Assembly: GCA_037445065.1 (NCBI GenBank) | Contig: JBBILD010000029.1 | Location: 1 to 30,661, forward strand | DNA: 30,661 bases | Source: Myxococcales bacterium | Lineage (GTDB): Bacteria; Desulfobacterota; Binatia; HRBIN30 | Direction: 5' to 3' | In this document: piece by piece, positions 16,035 to 25,222 of the stretch | How positions within the stretch are numbered: position 1 is the first letter of the stretch | Layout of the letters: each line of letters opens with the position of its first letter | The notes under the pieces: generated by a model | Told to the model about the DNA's origin: nothing | The model's input: only the letters and a program-made list of their open reading frames with translations | Database searches by the model: none | Program-made: the position numbers and the translations under genes

Positions 16035-18583
16035 GGTTGCACGTGTTCGTTGCGGGCTAAGCCCAGTTGGTGGGCGATGATTTCCTGTGCGTGCCAGGCG
16101 GTTTGTGCCACGCGCCACATCTCTGCTGCGGTGATGGCGCCCGCGATACCGGCGAGAAGGAATGCGACTTCTGCGACTTCGGTCAGGCCCGGCAGCAAGA
16201 CCGCGGTTCCGACCGCCACCAGGGCCAGAATCACAAAGCGGGCCAGGTACGAGGCGCGCACCCGGGTTTCACTGCGCAACAGTCGTTTGAGGCCGCCGTG
16301 GTGTTCCACTGCCACCGTGAGTTGGGCCCGCGACCACAGTCCGCGGTGGATCACGATGTCTGCATCGGTCCATCCTTGGTCAATCGCCACCAGGTACTTT
16401 CGCGGGGTGAGAAATTCGATCAGGGCATGTAAAAAGCCTTCTTTCTCGACTCCCGCTTCGTTCCAGAATTGGAGCCGGAATGCGCGTCGCATCCAGTGAA
16501 CCTCTGGCCGTTGCGGTACACCAGGGAAGTGGATTTGGCTCACACCGTGGTGCCCTTGCAGGCGGTGCACGTAGCGCTGCATGCTGCGCACGAGCGGGCC
16601 GAGATAGATCAGGGCCGCGATCAGCAGCCGCCCACGCAGGCTGGCAAAGCGCGGGTCAATCTTGGCGCGCCAAGCACGAGCCAGCGCCCAAAGCCACGAA
16701 ACGAGCAAGGGCCCGACCGCAAACAGCGGATGTTGCCCGGCGACCGTAGCGCCCACGAGCAGCACCAGCCCAAGTACATTCCATTCAAGGGTAAACGGCA
16801 AATACACGAGGAGAGAAGAAGGCGGCTCGTACAAGGTTTGGAAGAGCGCGCGGCCGAATACGCCATGGTAAATGACGGGGCGCGCTGCGAAGAGCGCCAT
16901 GCCCAGGTCGCCGTAGATGCGTCCGATCCACTGTGACTGGCCGAGCATGTTGAAGCGCAGCGGGTGCTTGAAGTAGAGCTGGGCTTCGGCTTGGCCGTAC
17001 CCCATTTGTTGCTTGAGGTACGCGCGCACCGTGTTGCGGCGGAAGTGCCACACTTGCGCTGCCGCACTAAAGCCGATGCGGTACCCTTCGTTTTGCAGCC
17101 GCCAGCATACGTCCACATCGTCGCCCGCGGCACGGTGCAGCGGATCGAAACCCCCGATCTGGCGCAACACCTGCCTGCGGAAGGCCATGTTGCAGCCGGG
17201 GATGTGTTCGGCCACTTCGTCGCTGACGAGCACATGGGTGGGACCACCCGGTGCAGCGGCCACGTACGCGGCAACCGCCGAGTCTTCCGGCGGAGGCAAG
17301 TTGGGTCCACCCACTCCGGCGAAGTCCGACTGCACGAATTTGTAGGCTAGGTAGGTGAGCCAGTCCGGATCCACCACGCAATCGGAGTCCGTATATGCCA
17401 CGATCTCCCCGCTGGCTGCCTCCATTCCGACATTGCGCGCCACGCTCAAGCCCCGGTTCGGCTGCGAGATGAGGCGGAATTCTGGGTACCGGCGGGCGAT
17501 CTCCGCGGTGCGGTCAGTCGAACCATCGTCCACCACGACCACCTCATAGTTCGGGTATCGCAGCTCGCGGAGCGAGGCGAGGCAGGCGTCCATTGTGCGT
17601 TCGGCGTTGTACGCACAGATGACCACGCTGATCCGGGGCGGGTTGGGGAGCGGAGGAGGGAGCGGACCCCGATAGAGCTGCTGCACCGCGGCGAATGCCG
17701 GCTTCGGGCGGCGCTGGCGATCTACCAGACCGAAGGCCCAGTCTTCGACCGGATAACCGCCCGTAAACCAGTCATCCGTGAAGGCGAACACGCAGGTTCC
17801 TGCCACTCCTTGCTCGAACGCGGCGCGCACTTGCCAAGCGAGGATGTCAGCCTGTTTCGCCAGACCTTCGCGCAGCGAGTCAATGCCGAACTCCGTGAGC
17901 AGCAAGGGTTTGTCCGCGGCCAGGTTCTGTAAGCGGGCCAGGTAGCGGCGAAAGTCCGCTTCGCGGTGCAGGTACACATTGAAGGAAACAAAGTCGAGGA
18001 AGTCGAGACTCAAGTACTCGGTCGGCGGGAAGTTGGCGTAGCTGACCAGCAGCTCGGGGTTCTCTTGCTTTACGCGGTCGTAGAGATCGTTCAAAAACTT
18101 CTCGACTCGCTGGGGCCGGTGCCAGCGAACCACGTCGGGTGGAATCTCGTTGCCGATGAATACGGCAGCAAGGGCGGGGTGGTTGCGTACTGGGCGTAGC
18201 GCTGCGGCCACACCATTGCGGATTTCGCGGACGAGATGCTTCGATTCGAGAAAGCATACGTGTTGAGTCCATGGCGTTCCGGCGAGAAAAAGGAGCCCAT
18301 GACGCTCCGCTCGGTCGAGGAGCCAGACGGGCGGGAGGTGGAAGGTGCGCACCGCGTTGACCCCCAACTCCCGCATGAGGGCAAAGTCACGCTCGACTTG
18401 CTCGGGCTCAGGAAACGGCTCGCCATCTCGGTTGGGTGCGAACGGGCCGTAGGTCACGCCTCGCAGGTACACCTTCGCCCGGCCGCGGAAGAAGAATTTG
18501 CCCGCAGGGCGGAGTTTGTCACTGGCAGAGGCCAGCTCGACGCGCCGTTCCTCGAGCGGCGCTGCGATGGCTGCTCGCGCCAT
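16031..18583 (-). CDS. Fusion of a clan GH-A (GH2/GH5-like) TIM barrel, a GT2 glycosyltransferase and C-terminal TM helices
   Basis: GH part: LRGVTYGP, DFALMRELGVNAVRTF, IGNEIP (acid/base), LLTEFG (nucleophile). GT2 part: ISVVICAYN, VVVDDGSTD, YTDSDC, GCNMAFRR, GDDVD. Several hydrophobic helices follow. Confidence 0.9.
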   Translation of the reverse strand: MARAAIAAPLEERRVELASASDKLRPAGKFFFRGRAKVYLRGVTYGPFAPNRDGEPFPEPEQVERDFALMRELGVNAVRTFHLPPVWLLDRAERHGLLFLAGTPWTQHVCFLESKHLVREIRNGVAAALRPVRNHPALAAVFIGNEIPPDVVRWHRPQRVEKFLNDLYDRVKQENPELLVSYANFPPTEYLSLDFLDFVSFNVYLHREADFRRYLARLQNLAADKPLLLTEFGIDSLREGLAKQADILAWQVRAAFEQGVAGTCVFAFTDDWFTGGYPVEDWAFGLVDRQRRPKPAFAAVQQLYRGPLPPPLPNPPRISVVICAYNAERTMDACLASLRELRYPNYEVVVVDDGSTDRTAEIARRYPEFRLISQPNRGLSVARNVGMEAASGEIVAYTDSDCVVDPDWLTYLAYKFVQSDFAGVGGPNLPPPEDSAVAAYVAAAPGGPTHVLVSDEVAEHIPGCNMAFRRQVLRQIGGFDPLHRAAGDDVDVCWRLQNEGYRIGFSAAAQVWHFRRNTVRAYLKQQMGYGQAEAQLYFKHPLRFNMLGQSQWIGRIYGDLGMALFAARPVIYHGVFGRALFQTLYEPPSSLLVYLPFTLEWNVLGLVLLVGATVAGQHPLFAVGPLLVSWLWALARAWRAKIDPRFASLRGRLLIAALIYLGPLVRSMQRYVHRLQGHHGVSQIHFPGVPQRPEVHWMRRAFRLQFWNEAGVEKEGFLHALIEFLTPRKYLVAIDQGWTDADIVIHRGLWSRAQLTVAVEHHGGLKRLLRSETRVRASYLARFVILALVAVGTAVLLPGLTEVAEVAFLLAGIAGAITAAEMWRVAQTAWHAQEIIAHQLGLARNEHVQP

Positions 18584-18796
18584 GGCTAGAATGGAGAAGC
18601 TGGAACAAGCCGAGGGCTTGGCGACGGCGGGTCGAGGGCCAGCACGTCAGGCAGCACATGCGGAATCATTGCGCTGCCTGCAGCTAGCCCGCGGGGAAGA
18701 GGAATGCAAACTGGGCTTCCGTGCTTGACAAGCTGTGGCGCGGGGAGTTTTGTTGTTCTGCGGCGGTGAAAGGGGAAGCGGGGCCGAGAGGAACAC

Positions 18797-19333
18797 ATGA
18801 TCTTGGACGAAATTCTGGACGAAGAAGAAGAGATCGCTGCCGAGCGCGAGGCAGAAGCGGCGCGTCTTGGAGCACAGATCCTCGGCTTGCCGATTCGCGA
18901 GCTGCCGACATTGCGTGAGCCTGTGTGCGTCACCCCAAGCACCTCGTTGCGGCAGGCCATCGAGCGGATGAACGAGTCGAGCGTGGGCTGTGTGTTGGTC
19001 GAGGACGGGGGGCGGCTGTGCGGGATATTCACTGAGCGCGACGTTCTGACGAAGGTGGTGGGGCAGGATCTCGACCTGGACCGAACGTGTATCGCGGATT
19101 TTATGACCCGGGAGCCCGAGGTATTGTCGCCCGATGATCGGGTGAGCTTTGCTCTCAACAAAATGTCTGTAGGCGGGTTTCGCCACGTGCCGTTGGTTGA
19201 CGAGCAGGGCCGCCCTGCCGGTGTGGTGTCCATGCGCAACATTGTGGACTACATGGTCGAGCTGTTTCGCACTGAAATCCTGAATCTGCCCCCTTCGCCC
19301 CGCCAACTCCTGCGTAGTCGCGAAGGGGCCTGA
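18797..19333 (+). CDS. CBS domain pair protein
   Basis: Two CBS repeats (AIERMNESSVGCVLVEDGGRLCGIFTERD; MSVGGFRHVPLVDEQGRPAGVVSMRNI). GAGGA RBS, and TTGACA at 18725-18730 upstream. Confidence 0.92.
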   Translation: MILDEILDEEEEIAAEREAEAARLGAQILGLPIRELPTLREPVCVTPSTSLRQAIERMNESSVGCVLVEDGGRLCGIFTERDVLTKVVGQDLDLDRTCIADFMTREPEVLSPDDRVSFALNKMSVGGFRHVPLVDEQGRPAGVVSMRNIVDYMVELFRTEILNLPPSPRQLLRSREGA

Positions 19334-19360
19334 GGCGCGGCCTGCTCGAACAGCGCGGCT

Positions 19361-19383
19361 GAGGCAGGGCACCGCCTTGCCTC
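19361..19383. terminator. Hairpin between the convergent CBS and peptidase genes
   Basis: GAGGCAGGGC-ACC-GCCTTGCCTC, a 10-bp stem with one G-U pair. No U-tract. Confidence 0.35.
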
Positions 19384-19427
19384 TGGGCGCGCGCCCGCGT
19401 CCGCTCGCGCGGGGCACAGGGAGGTTG

Positions 19428-22052
19428 TTAGTGGTTCCCGAGCGGAATCTTTTCGAGCCTCGCTTCGGGCAGGATTAGCCGGTACAGCGTGCGGGGACGC
19501 GGGTAGGAGATAGGCTCCATTGCTGGCACCGACTCGGCCACGGCGAAGAGCGCGGTTGGGCTCTGCCAAGCAAGGGAAAGGAAGTCGTCATCTGGCGAGC
19601 TGACCGTGCGCGCGCTGCGCTGTTCGCGGTCGAGGATGTAGAGGCTGCGCCGGCCGCGCGGAAAGTCGGGCGCCGATTGAGCAGCAAGGGCGATCAGGGC
19701 ACCGTCCGGACTCGGCGCAAAATCGGCCAGCGCAACGACATTGCTCGCCACGGGCGTAAGCGGTCCGCCGCCAACTGGCACCTCGCTCAGTTGCCAGAAA
19801 CGGCCATCCACCGCTGCCACCAGTAGAACGTCTTCATCCCCAATCCAGCGCACGCGCACCGGTGCCCGTTCCCAGTGAAATACGGGAGCCGCCTCCCCTC
19901 GCTCGAGGGAGAGGGTGTACACCACTGCGGCGCTACTCGTGCGCACCACGTAAGCGAGCCGTTTGCCGTCACCGGAGGCAGCGATTTGTTGGACCGCCGC
20001 ACCAGGGTAGTGCACCAGGGTGCGTGCGCGCCCGGAAGGACCGATGCGCACGATGCGGTCGCGCACCGCTGCGAACACTGCGCCATCTGCTCCCACCGCG
20101 GGAGAGAAGCCCCGCCCGATGGTCCGGCGCGTGCCATCGGTTTCCAGGACGAAGAGTAGAGGGGCGACCGGTCCCGGCTCGGAGATCGCCGCTGCAAACC
20201 AACCGTGCTTGGGGTCGAATAAGGGCGGTTCCACGAGTCCTCGTTCGAACACCCACTGTGCTCTCGGTCGGTCCTCTTCGCCGCGCAACTCCACGTGTTG
20301 GCGTGACCAAGGGAACGGTTCACCGCGGGAAACCAGCCACTGGTCGGGCCCCGCACTCACGAACACCGGAGCTGCTTGCCTGGGAAAGCGATTGTTCTCG
20401 CGTTGCACGTCGGGCCACTCGAGCAGGGGATCGAGCACGAGTTCGCCCGAGCCGGCCGCGACATCGAAACGGTGCGGTAGCTCCACGGTTTGCTCTTTCC
20501 ACGCTTCGCTCGGGCTGGCGCGCTCCCAAACGCGAATCTTGGCTGGGACCTTGGTCCCACCGAGGAGGGCAGCTTCTACCGCGCCGCCATCAGCGGCGTC
20601 TGCATGGAGATCGAGGGTTTGTTGGCCACGCAGGAATCCCGAAAAGAACCAGTCGAGCGACTGCCCGCTCACTTCCTCGAAAACCTGCTGGACTTCACGG
20701 TCAGAAATCGCCCGGTAGCGGTAGCGCTCGGTGAGGGCCCGTAGCGCCTGCGCGAACGGTTCGGGGCCGATCGCCGAGCGCAGCATCCAAGCCAGAAAAC
20801 TCCCCTTCCGGTAGATCGTCTCGCGTGCCCCGGGTGCTCCGAGTGCGTTGTCAAGAACGGTCATGTCGGCCACCGCCTCGTGGTAGGCTGGGTCGAAACA
20901 TTCTCCCACCATGCGGCGGACTCGCGCGTCGCTACCACTGTGCTGCTCGCTGGCTAGGAGGCTAGAGACCTCCGCGAAGCTCTCTGTGATCCACTGCGAG
21001 CCTTCGCCCGCGGACAGCCAGTGGCCGCTCGTGCTCCCGCCCCACCACGCGTGCGCCAGTTCGTGGGCAATGAGACCGAACCCTTGGTCGGCGCTGGCTA
21101 GGCTGGCCCGCGGCAGGCCGATGACCCCGGCGCCGTCGAAAAATGCCCGCGACAACGACGGGTGGAGGAAAACACTAAAGGCAGGAAAACCGCTCGAGCC
21201 CAGGATGCCACGCAGCACACCCTCGCTTGCTTCCGCTTGCTCGAGCACGAGTTCCGCCAGTTCGCGATCCTCTGGTTTCGCAAACACGCGCAACTGTAAC
21301 CCCGGAACCGTGCGCGCGAAGACCCGGTAGCTGCCCGCCACCAAGCCGAGGCCGCTGACCGGGCGTTCGCTGGACCATTCCCAAACCCGCATGAGACCTC
21401 TCTCGTAAGCCTGCACATCCGTGCTGGCGTTTACGAGTTCCCAAGCTTGCGGCAGCTCGGCCCGCACAGAAAAGGAGAAGAAGCTGTGCCCGTTGGTCGG
21501 GTACCAGAGGGCGTCGGGCGGCAGCAGAATCTCCTGGTCAGTGATGTGCGCGTCGCGGCTAGACGCCAGTGCCAGCGGGCGCCCGGAATACTGAACTCGC
21601 ACGGTCACGGTGTCCGAGGTGGGCAGTGGGGCCTGAGGGCCTGCGGAGACCACCGGACCCATCACTTCGTGGACCACCCGGTGCTCTTCCCCGCTTCCGT
21701 CAACCCAGGCCAGATGCTCGACGCGGAACCCCGGGTCGAGCAGAAAAGCAAGCGGGCCGCGCAGGTTTCTTTCGATGTGGACTCGGAGTTGGGCGTCGGC
21801 GACCACAACCCCCGCCTTGGCATCGGCACGCAGCGAAAGCTGAAGCTCTTCGATTTCGTAGCCACCCACCATCTCAGCCACGGCGGGAAGAAGCGGGCGT
21901 AGCCAGGGCAAGTGCGGCTTGCGCACGGTGAAGTAGAATAGGCCAAGTGCAAGGCACAACGCCGCTGCTAGCAAGATCGCACTGCTGTCCAGCAGTGTGC
22001 GGCTCCACCGTGCGAACGATGCCAGCAAGCTCCTCATGCGCCCGCCGTTCAT
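19428..22052 (-). CDS. Membrane-anchored M1-family (gluzincin) metallopeptidase with a C-terminal TolB/WD40-like beta-propeller
   Basis: N-terminal TM (AILLAAALCLALGLFYF). IAHELAHAWWG at 21051-21065, WITESFAE, YRKG (catalytic Tyr), SGQSLDWFF. C-terminal repeats such as ASGDGKRLAY and PSPDGALIAL. Alternative start at ATG 22037. Confidence 0.85.
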   Translation of the reverse strand: MNGGRMRSLLASFARWSRTLLDSSAILLAAALCLALGLFYFTVRKPHLPWLRPLLPAVAEMVGGYEIEELQLSLRADAKAGVVVADAQLRVHIERNLRGPLAFLLDPGFRVEHLAWVDGSGEEHRVVHEVMGPVVSAGPQAPLPTSDTVTVRVQYSGRPLALASSRDAHITDQEILLPPDALWYPTNGHSFFSFSVRAELPQAWELVNASTDVQAYERGLMRVWEWSSERPVSGLGLVAGSYRVFARTVPGLQLRVFAKPEDRELAELVLEQAEASEGVLRGILGSSGFPAFSVFLHPSLSRAFFDGAGVIGLPRASLASADQGFGLIAHELAHAWWGGSTSGHWLSAGEGSQWITESFAEVSSLLASEQHSGSDARVRRMVGECFDPAYHEAVADMTVLDNALGAPGARETIYRKGSFLAWMLRSAIGPEPFAQALRALTERYRYRAISDREVQQVFEEVSGQSLDWFFSGFLRGQQTLDLHADAADGGAVEAALLGGTKVPAKIRVWERASPSEAWKEQTVELPHRFDVAAGSGELVLDPLLEWPDVQRENNRFPRQAAPVFVSAGPDQWLVSRGEPFPWSRQHVELRGEEDRPRAQWVFERGLVEPPLFDPKHGWFAAAISEPGPVAPLLFVLETDGTRRTIGRGFSPAVGADGAVFAAVRDRIVRIGPSGRARTLVHYPGAAVQQIAASGDGKRLAYVVRTSSAAVVYTLSLERGEAAPVFHWERAPVRVRWIGDEDVLLVAAVDGRFWQLSEVPVGGGPLTPVASNVVALADFAPSPDGALIALAAQSAPDFPRGRRSLYILDREQRSARTVSSPDDDFLSLAWQSPTALFAVAESVPAMEPISYPRPRTLYRLILPEARLEKIPLGNH

Positions 22053-22570
22053 AGGAAGCCCTCAGCCGTCCTGTCAATTCAAAGCCTGCGGCTCGTGCCG
22101 GCCGAGGCGGCGCTGGTGGCATCTAGCGAACGCTTTTGCGGGGGGGTCGCGGTGCAGACGCCGGCGTCCCCTGAGCACCACCCGCGATCGGTTTTTCCTT
22201 TCCACCCTTCAGGTTTTCGTTGATCGCCGAGCGTGGGAGGAGTACGGATTGTTACACGGAGATGTTGTCGCGCATTGGCTCAAGAAGGCTTGGGAAGGTG
22301 CGCAGCAGGGGTGCGATGTTTGGGGGCACAGAGGCCCGGTGGCCGAAACGTGCAAGCGGCGCCCATTGTGGCTGCCGATTTGGCCCTGGGGTAAGGTGCT
22401 GCGAGAAAGAGCGTGGCGGAGGAGCTGGTACCGCTGCGGTGAAAAGGGGCACCAAGTTGGTTACGTCGCGCCCGCACAGCGGTGGAGTGGATAGACCGAG
22501 CGGGGAGCGGGAATCTGGTGCGCGGGAGGAGTCCGTTTGCTGGATCCAAACAAGCCAAAAGGGGGAAAAC

Positions 22571-24493
22571 ATGTGCAGGTCAAGCGAACGCAAAGCTCGG
22601 CGGACGACGGCGGAGCGCTGGTCAGGGATTGCGACTCGAGCCAAGGGGGTGCTGAGGCGAGGACAGGGGGAGTGGAACGGTAGGGGGACGGGAGGAGGCC
22701 ACCCCGCTTGCCTCTTCCCAGAGCGGAAAAGCGTGCACACTGGGCTCAGCCGAGTCCGATCGCTGGGTATTGCGTGTGTCGGGTTTTTGAGTTTGGGCAT
22801 TGGACGAACAGCCGCTCAACCGTGTTCCTTTGTTCAGGTGGCGGCGGGGCATTCCCACGTGTGCGCGATACGCCCTGATAAGACCCTGGCGTGTTGGGGT
22901 CTGAACTGGTTTGGCCAAGCAAACCCGCCACCTGGTGCCTTCGCACAAGTGGATGGGGGCTGGGATAATAATTGCGCTCGCCGCGTGGATGGCCGGGTCG
23001 TGTGCTGGGGTCATGATGGAATGGGTCAGTCCAGCCCACCCGACGGCACGTTTGTTCAGGTGAGCACGGGAGCATCTTCTAGTTGCGGGCTGCGCTCGGA
23101 TGGTGCGTTGGTGTGTTGGGGTACTCCTCTGTGGGACCCGGAATTATCGAACGGTCCCTCGCCGGGCGAAGTCTTCACGCAATTAAGTGTGGGAGGCTTG
23201 CATGTTTGCGCCTTGCGGCCAACTGGTACGGTGGGGTGCTGGGGACGTAACATTTACGGGCAGGCCAGCCCTCCCCCGGGAACCTTCACTCAGATTAGTG
23301 CGGGCTGGGGCTTTACTTGTGGTTTGCGCCCGGACGGCTCCCTGGTGTGCTGGGGCAACAATGCGGCCGGTCAAGCCAGCCCACCTAGCGGCTCGTTTGT
23401 GCAGGTGAGTGCGGGACGGGAGCATGCCTGCGCGCTGCGCTCGGATGGCACCGTTGTCTGCTGGGGCGGCAATGGCTCTGGCGAGGCGAGCCCGCCCTCT
23501 GGGACCTACAGCCAGGTCAGCGCAGGTGGCTACTTTACGTGCGCTTTGAGCGTGGATGGCAGCGTGACGTGCTGGGGTGATTCAAGATCGTATGCTGGGA
23601 TTGAGTCCGCCTCGCCCTGTGACGATGACCGGCCCTGCACCGTGGATGCCTGCGTTGCGGGGAGCTGCGTTCATACGCCTGTTCCAAACGAGCAATGCCC
23701 GGCAGGATACAGCATGTTGAAAGTGCGCCCGGCCACGAAAGCGCGAGCGGTCCTAGGCCGCGAGGCACAAGCACAAGGGCAACTGTGTGCCGAGCGCGTG
23801 GTACTGGGAGGGTTATCGCGGATCAATGCAGGGAATGTGGTTAGCGGGGTTAACCTCCTGCTGCGCCAAAACGCGACCGTTGAGGGGTCGTGCGTGGTGG
23901 GCTCCGGAGGCCGGTTTGTGCAGCGGCCAGGCGCTGATTGCAATGGCGGGGTGGACATCTCGGGCACGCATCCATTGCTAGGCGACTGCGAGGCCGCAAC
24001 GGACGCAGCGGGAAGACGACTGGAGATACTGGCAAAGTTACCAGCCGACAATTCGGATCCTGGGATGCTCTGGGTGAAATCCGACACCACGGTGGATGTG
24101 ACGCCCCACAGCGGGCCACCTGGTTCTGTAGTCGTGCTCGACTTTGGGCGGGTGCAGGTGGATCGGGGCAGGATTTTGACCATCGTTGGCAACGCGAACA
24201 CAGAAGCTGTGGTGGTTCGGATTTCCGGAAGCCTCCGGGTGGAGAGTGGGGGCCGGATCATGACCGCGGGCATCACCCCTGGGCCAAACGGCTCTCCAGC
24301 GGAAAGACTCCTTTTTCTCGTGGGAGGCCGAGTGACGCTCCGAGGTCAGGCGCAAGCGCAAGGTACGATCGTTGCCGAGGGCATGGTCAAACTGGGTCGC
24401 GACGCTGCCGTCCGTGGTGCCTTGCTGAGCGCCGGTACAATGCGGCTTGGGTGGTCTGCCGATTTGCTACACGCTCCTTGGGTCCTGTGGTAG
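22571..24493 (+). CDS. Secreted RCC1-like repeat (7-blade propeller) protein with a Cys-rich linker and a C-terminal beta-solenoid-like domain
   Basis: Seven ~37-aa repeats FxQVSAGxxHxCxxRxDGxxxCWGxNxxGQASPP, then CDDDRPCTVDACVAGSCVHTP, then a Gly/Val-rich C-terminus. The start is uncertain: ATG 22571 after GGGGGA, or GTG 22733 just before the signal-like RVRSLGIACVGFLSLGIGRTAAQ. Confidence 0.82.
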   Translation: MCRSSERKARRTTAERWSGIATRAKGVLRRGQGEWNGRGTGGGHPACLFPERKSVHTGLSRVRSLGIACVGFLSLGIGRTAAQPCSFVQVAAGHSHVCAIRPDKTLACWGLNWFGQANPPPGAFAQVDGGWDNNCARRVDGRVVCWGHDGMGQSSPPDGTFVQVSTGASSSCGLRSDGALVCWGTPLWDPELSNGPSPGEVFTQLSVGGLHVCALRPTGTVGCWGRNIYGQASPPPGTFTQISAGWGFTCGLRPDGSLVCWGNNAAGQASPPSGSFVQVSAGREHACALRSDGTVVCWGGNGSGEASPPSGTYSQVSAGGYFTCALSVDGSVTCWGDSRSYAGIESASPCDDDRPCTVDACVAGSCVHTPVPNEQCPAGYSMLKVRPATKARAVLGREAQAQGQLCAERVVLGGLSRINAGNVVSGVNLLLRQNATVEGSCVVGSGGRFVQRPGADCNGGVDISGTHPLLGDCEAATDAAGRRLEILAKLPADNSDPGMLWVKSDTTVDVTPHSGPPGSVVVLDFGRVQVDRGRILTIVGNANTEAVVVRISGSLRVESGGRIMTAGITPGPNGSPAERLLFLVGGRVTLRGQAQAQGTIVAEGMVKLGRDAAVRGALLSAGTMRLGWSADLLHAPWVLW

Positions 24494-25170
24494 CGATGGC
24501 GGTTTTGTGGGGCTTGTCTGCTCCCCGATTCACCGGAGAGATCTCGCTTTCCGGGTCGGTTCTTTGCACGGCGGTCGCGTTGTCCGCGCTGCTTTCATGG
24601 ACAGCCTGATTGTCGCACGTTAGGTCGGTCCAGAAAGGGTCGAGGGCGGAACACTGGGTATGATGGGCAAGACCCGCCCCAGCAACTCGTAGGCGGACTC
24701 TTGTGGCCAACCGCGGTGGGGAGGGCAGGGTGGCGCTTCGTATCCGCAGTTGTGGTGGGGGGCTGCTCGACGCATTGCAGCTCGATGGGTCGCGCCGCTT
24801 GGTTGCACGGAACCGAGGCTGAACCTGGAGGTGCTGCGGGGGGGACCAAGACATTGCCGCAGCGGGCGGCCTTGATGCCCGCGCAACGGTGTGGTCCTCG
24901 CCCAGCGTCGGATGGCAAAGGTCCACAAACCGAGCTTGGGCGCTGAGTCATTTGGCAGAAATGCAGAGCGGGACCTCCTATCCTGCGATACATTGGCCCT
25001 AGCTCGAATCGCTTCTCCCCCTCTGGAGAGAGGGCCTCTCGCCTGTGTCGCGAGGCCGCATGCTTGCGGGTCTTGCAGTTCCTCGCTCTGTGCGTTTGCC
25101 CAGGTGGCTGTGTGCGCTGCCGACTTGATGTGGTGCGAACGATGCCTTGGATGGCAGCGTCCGTGCTTGC

Positions 25171-25199
25171 TTGACAGAGGGAGAAGAGGCCGCGACACT
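25171..25199 (+). promoter_or_regulatory. Putative sigma70-type promoter of the exosortase operon
   Basis: TTGACA (25171-25176), 17-nt spacer, then GACACT (25194-25199). RBS AAGGAG and GTG 25223 follow. Confidence 0.5.
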
Positions 25200-25222
25200 G
25201 GCGCGCGCTAAGGAGACAAACC

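Noticed and set aside
18586..19417. Minus-strand ORFs 18586..19242 and 18647..19417
   Set aside because: They are antisense shadows of the clear CBS-domain gene.
25011..25036. REP-like palindrome CTTCTCCCCCTCTGGAGAGAGGG
   Set aside because: It is a single imperfect copy in the window, so a repeat family cannot be supported.
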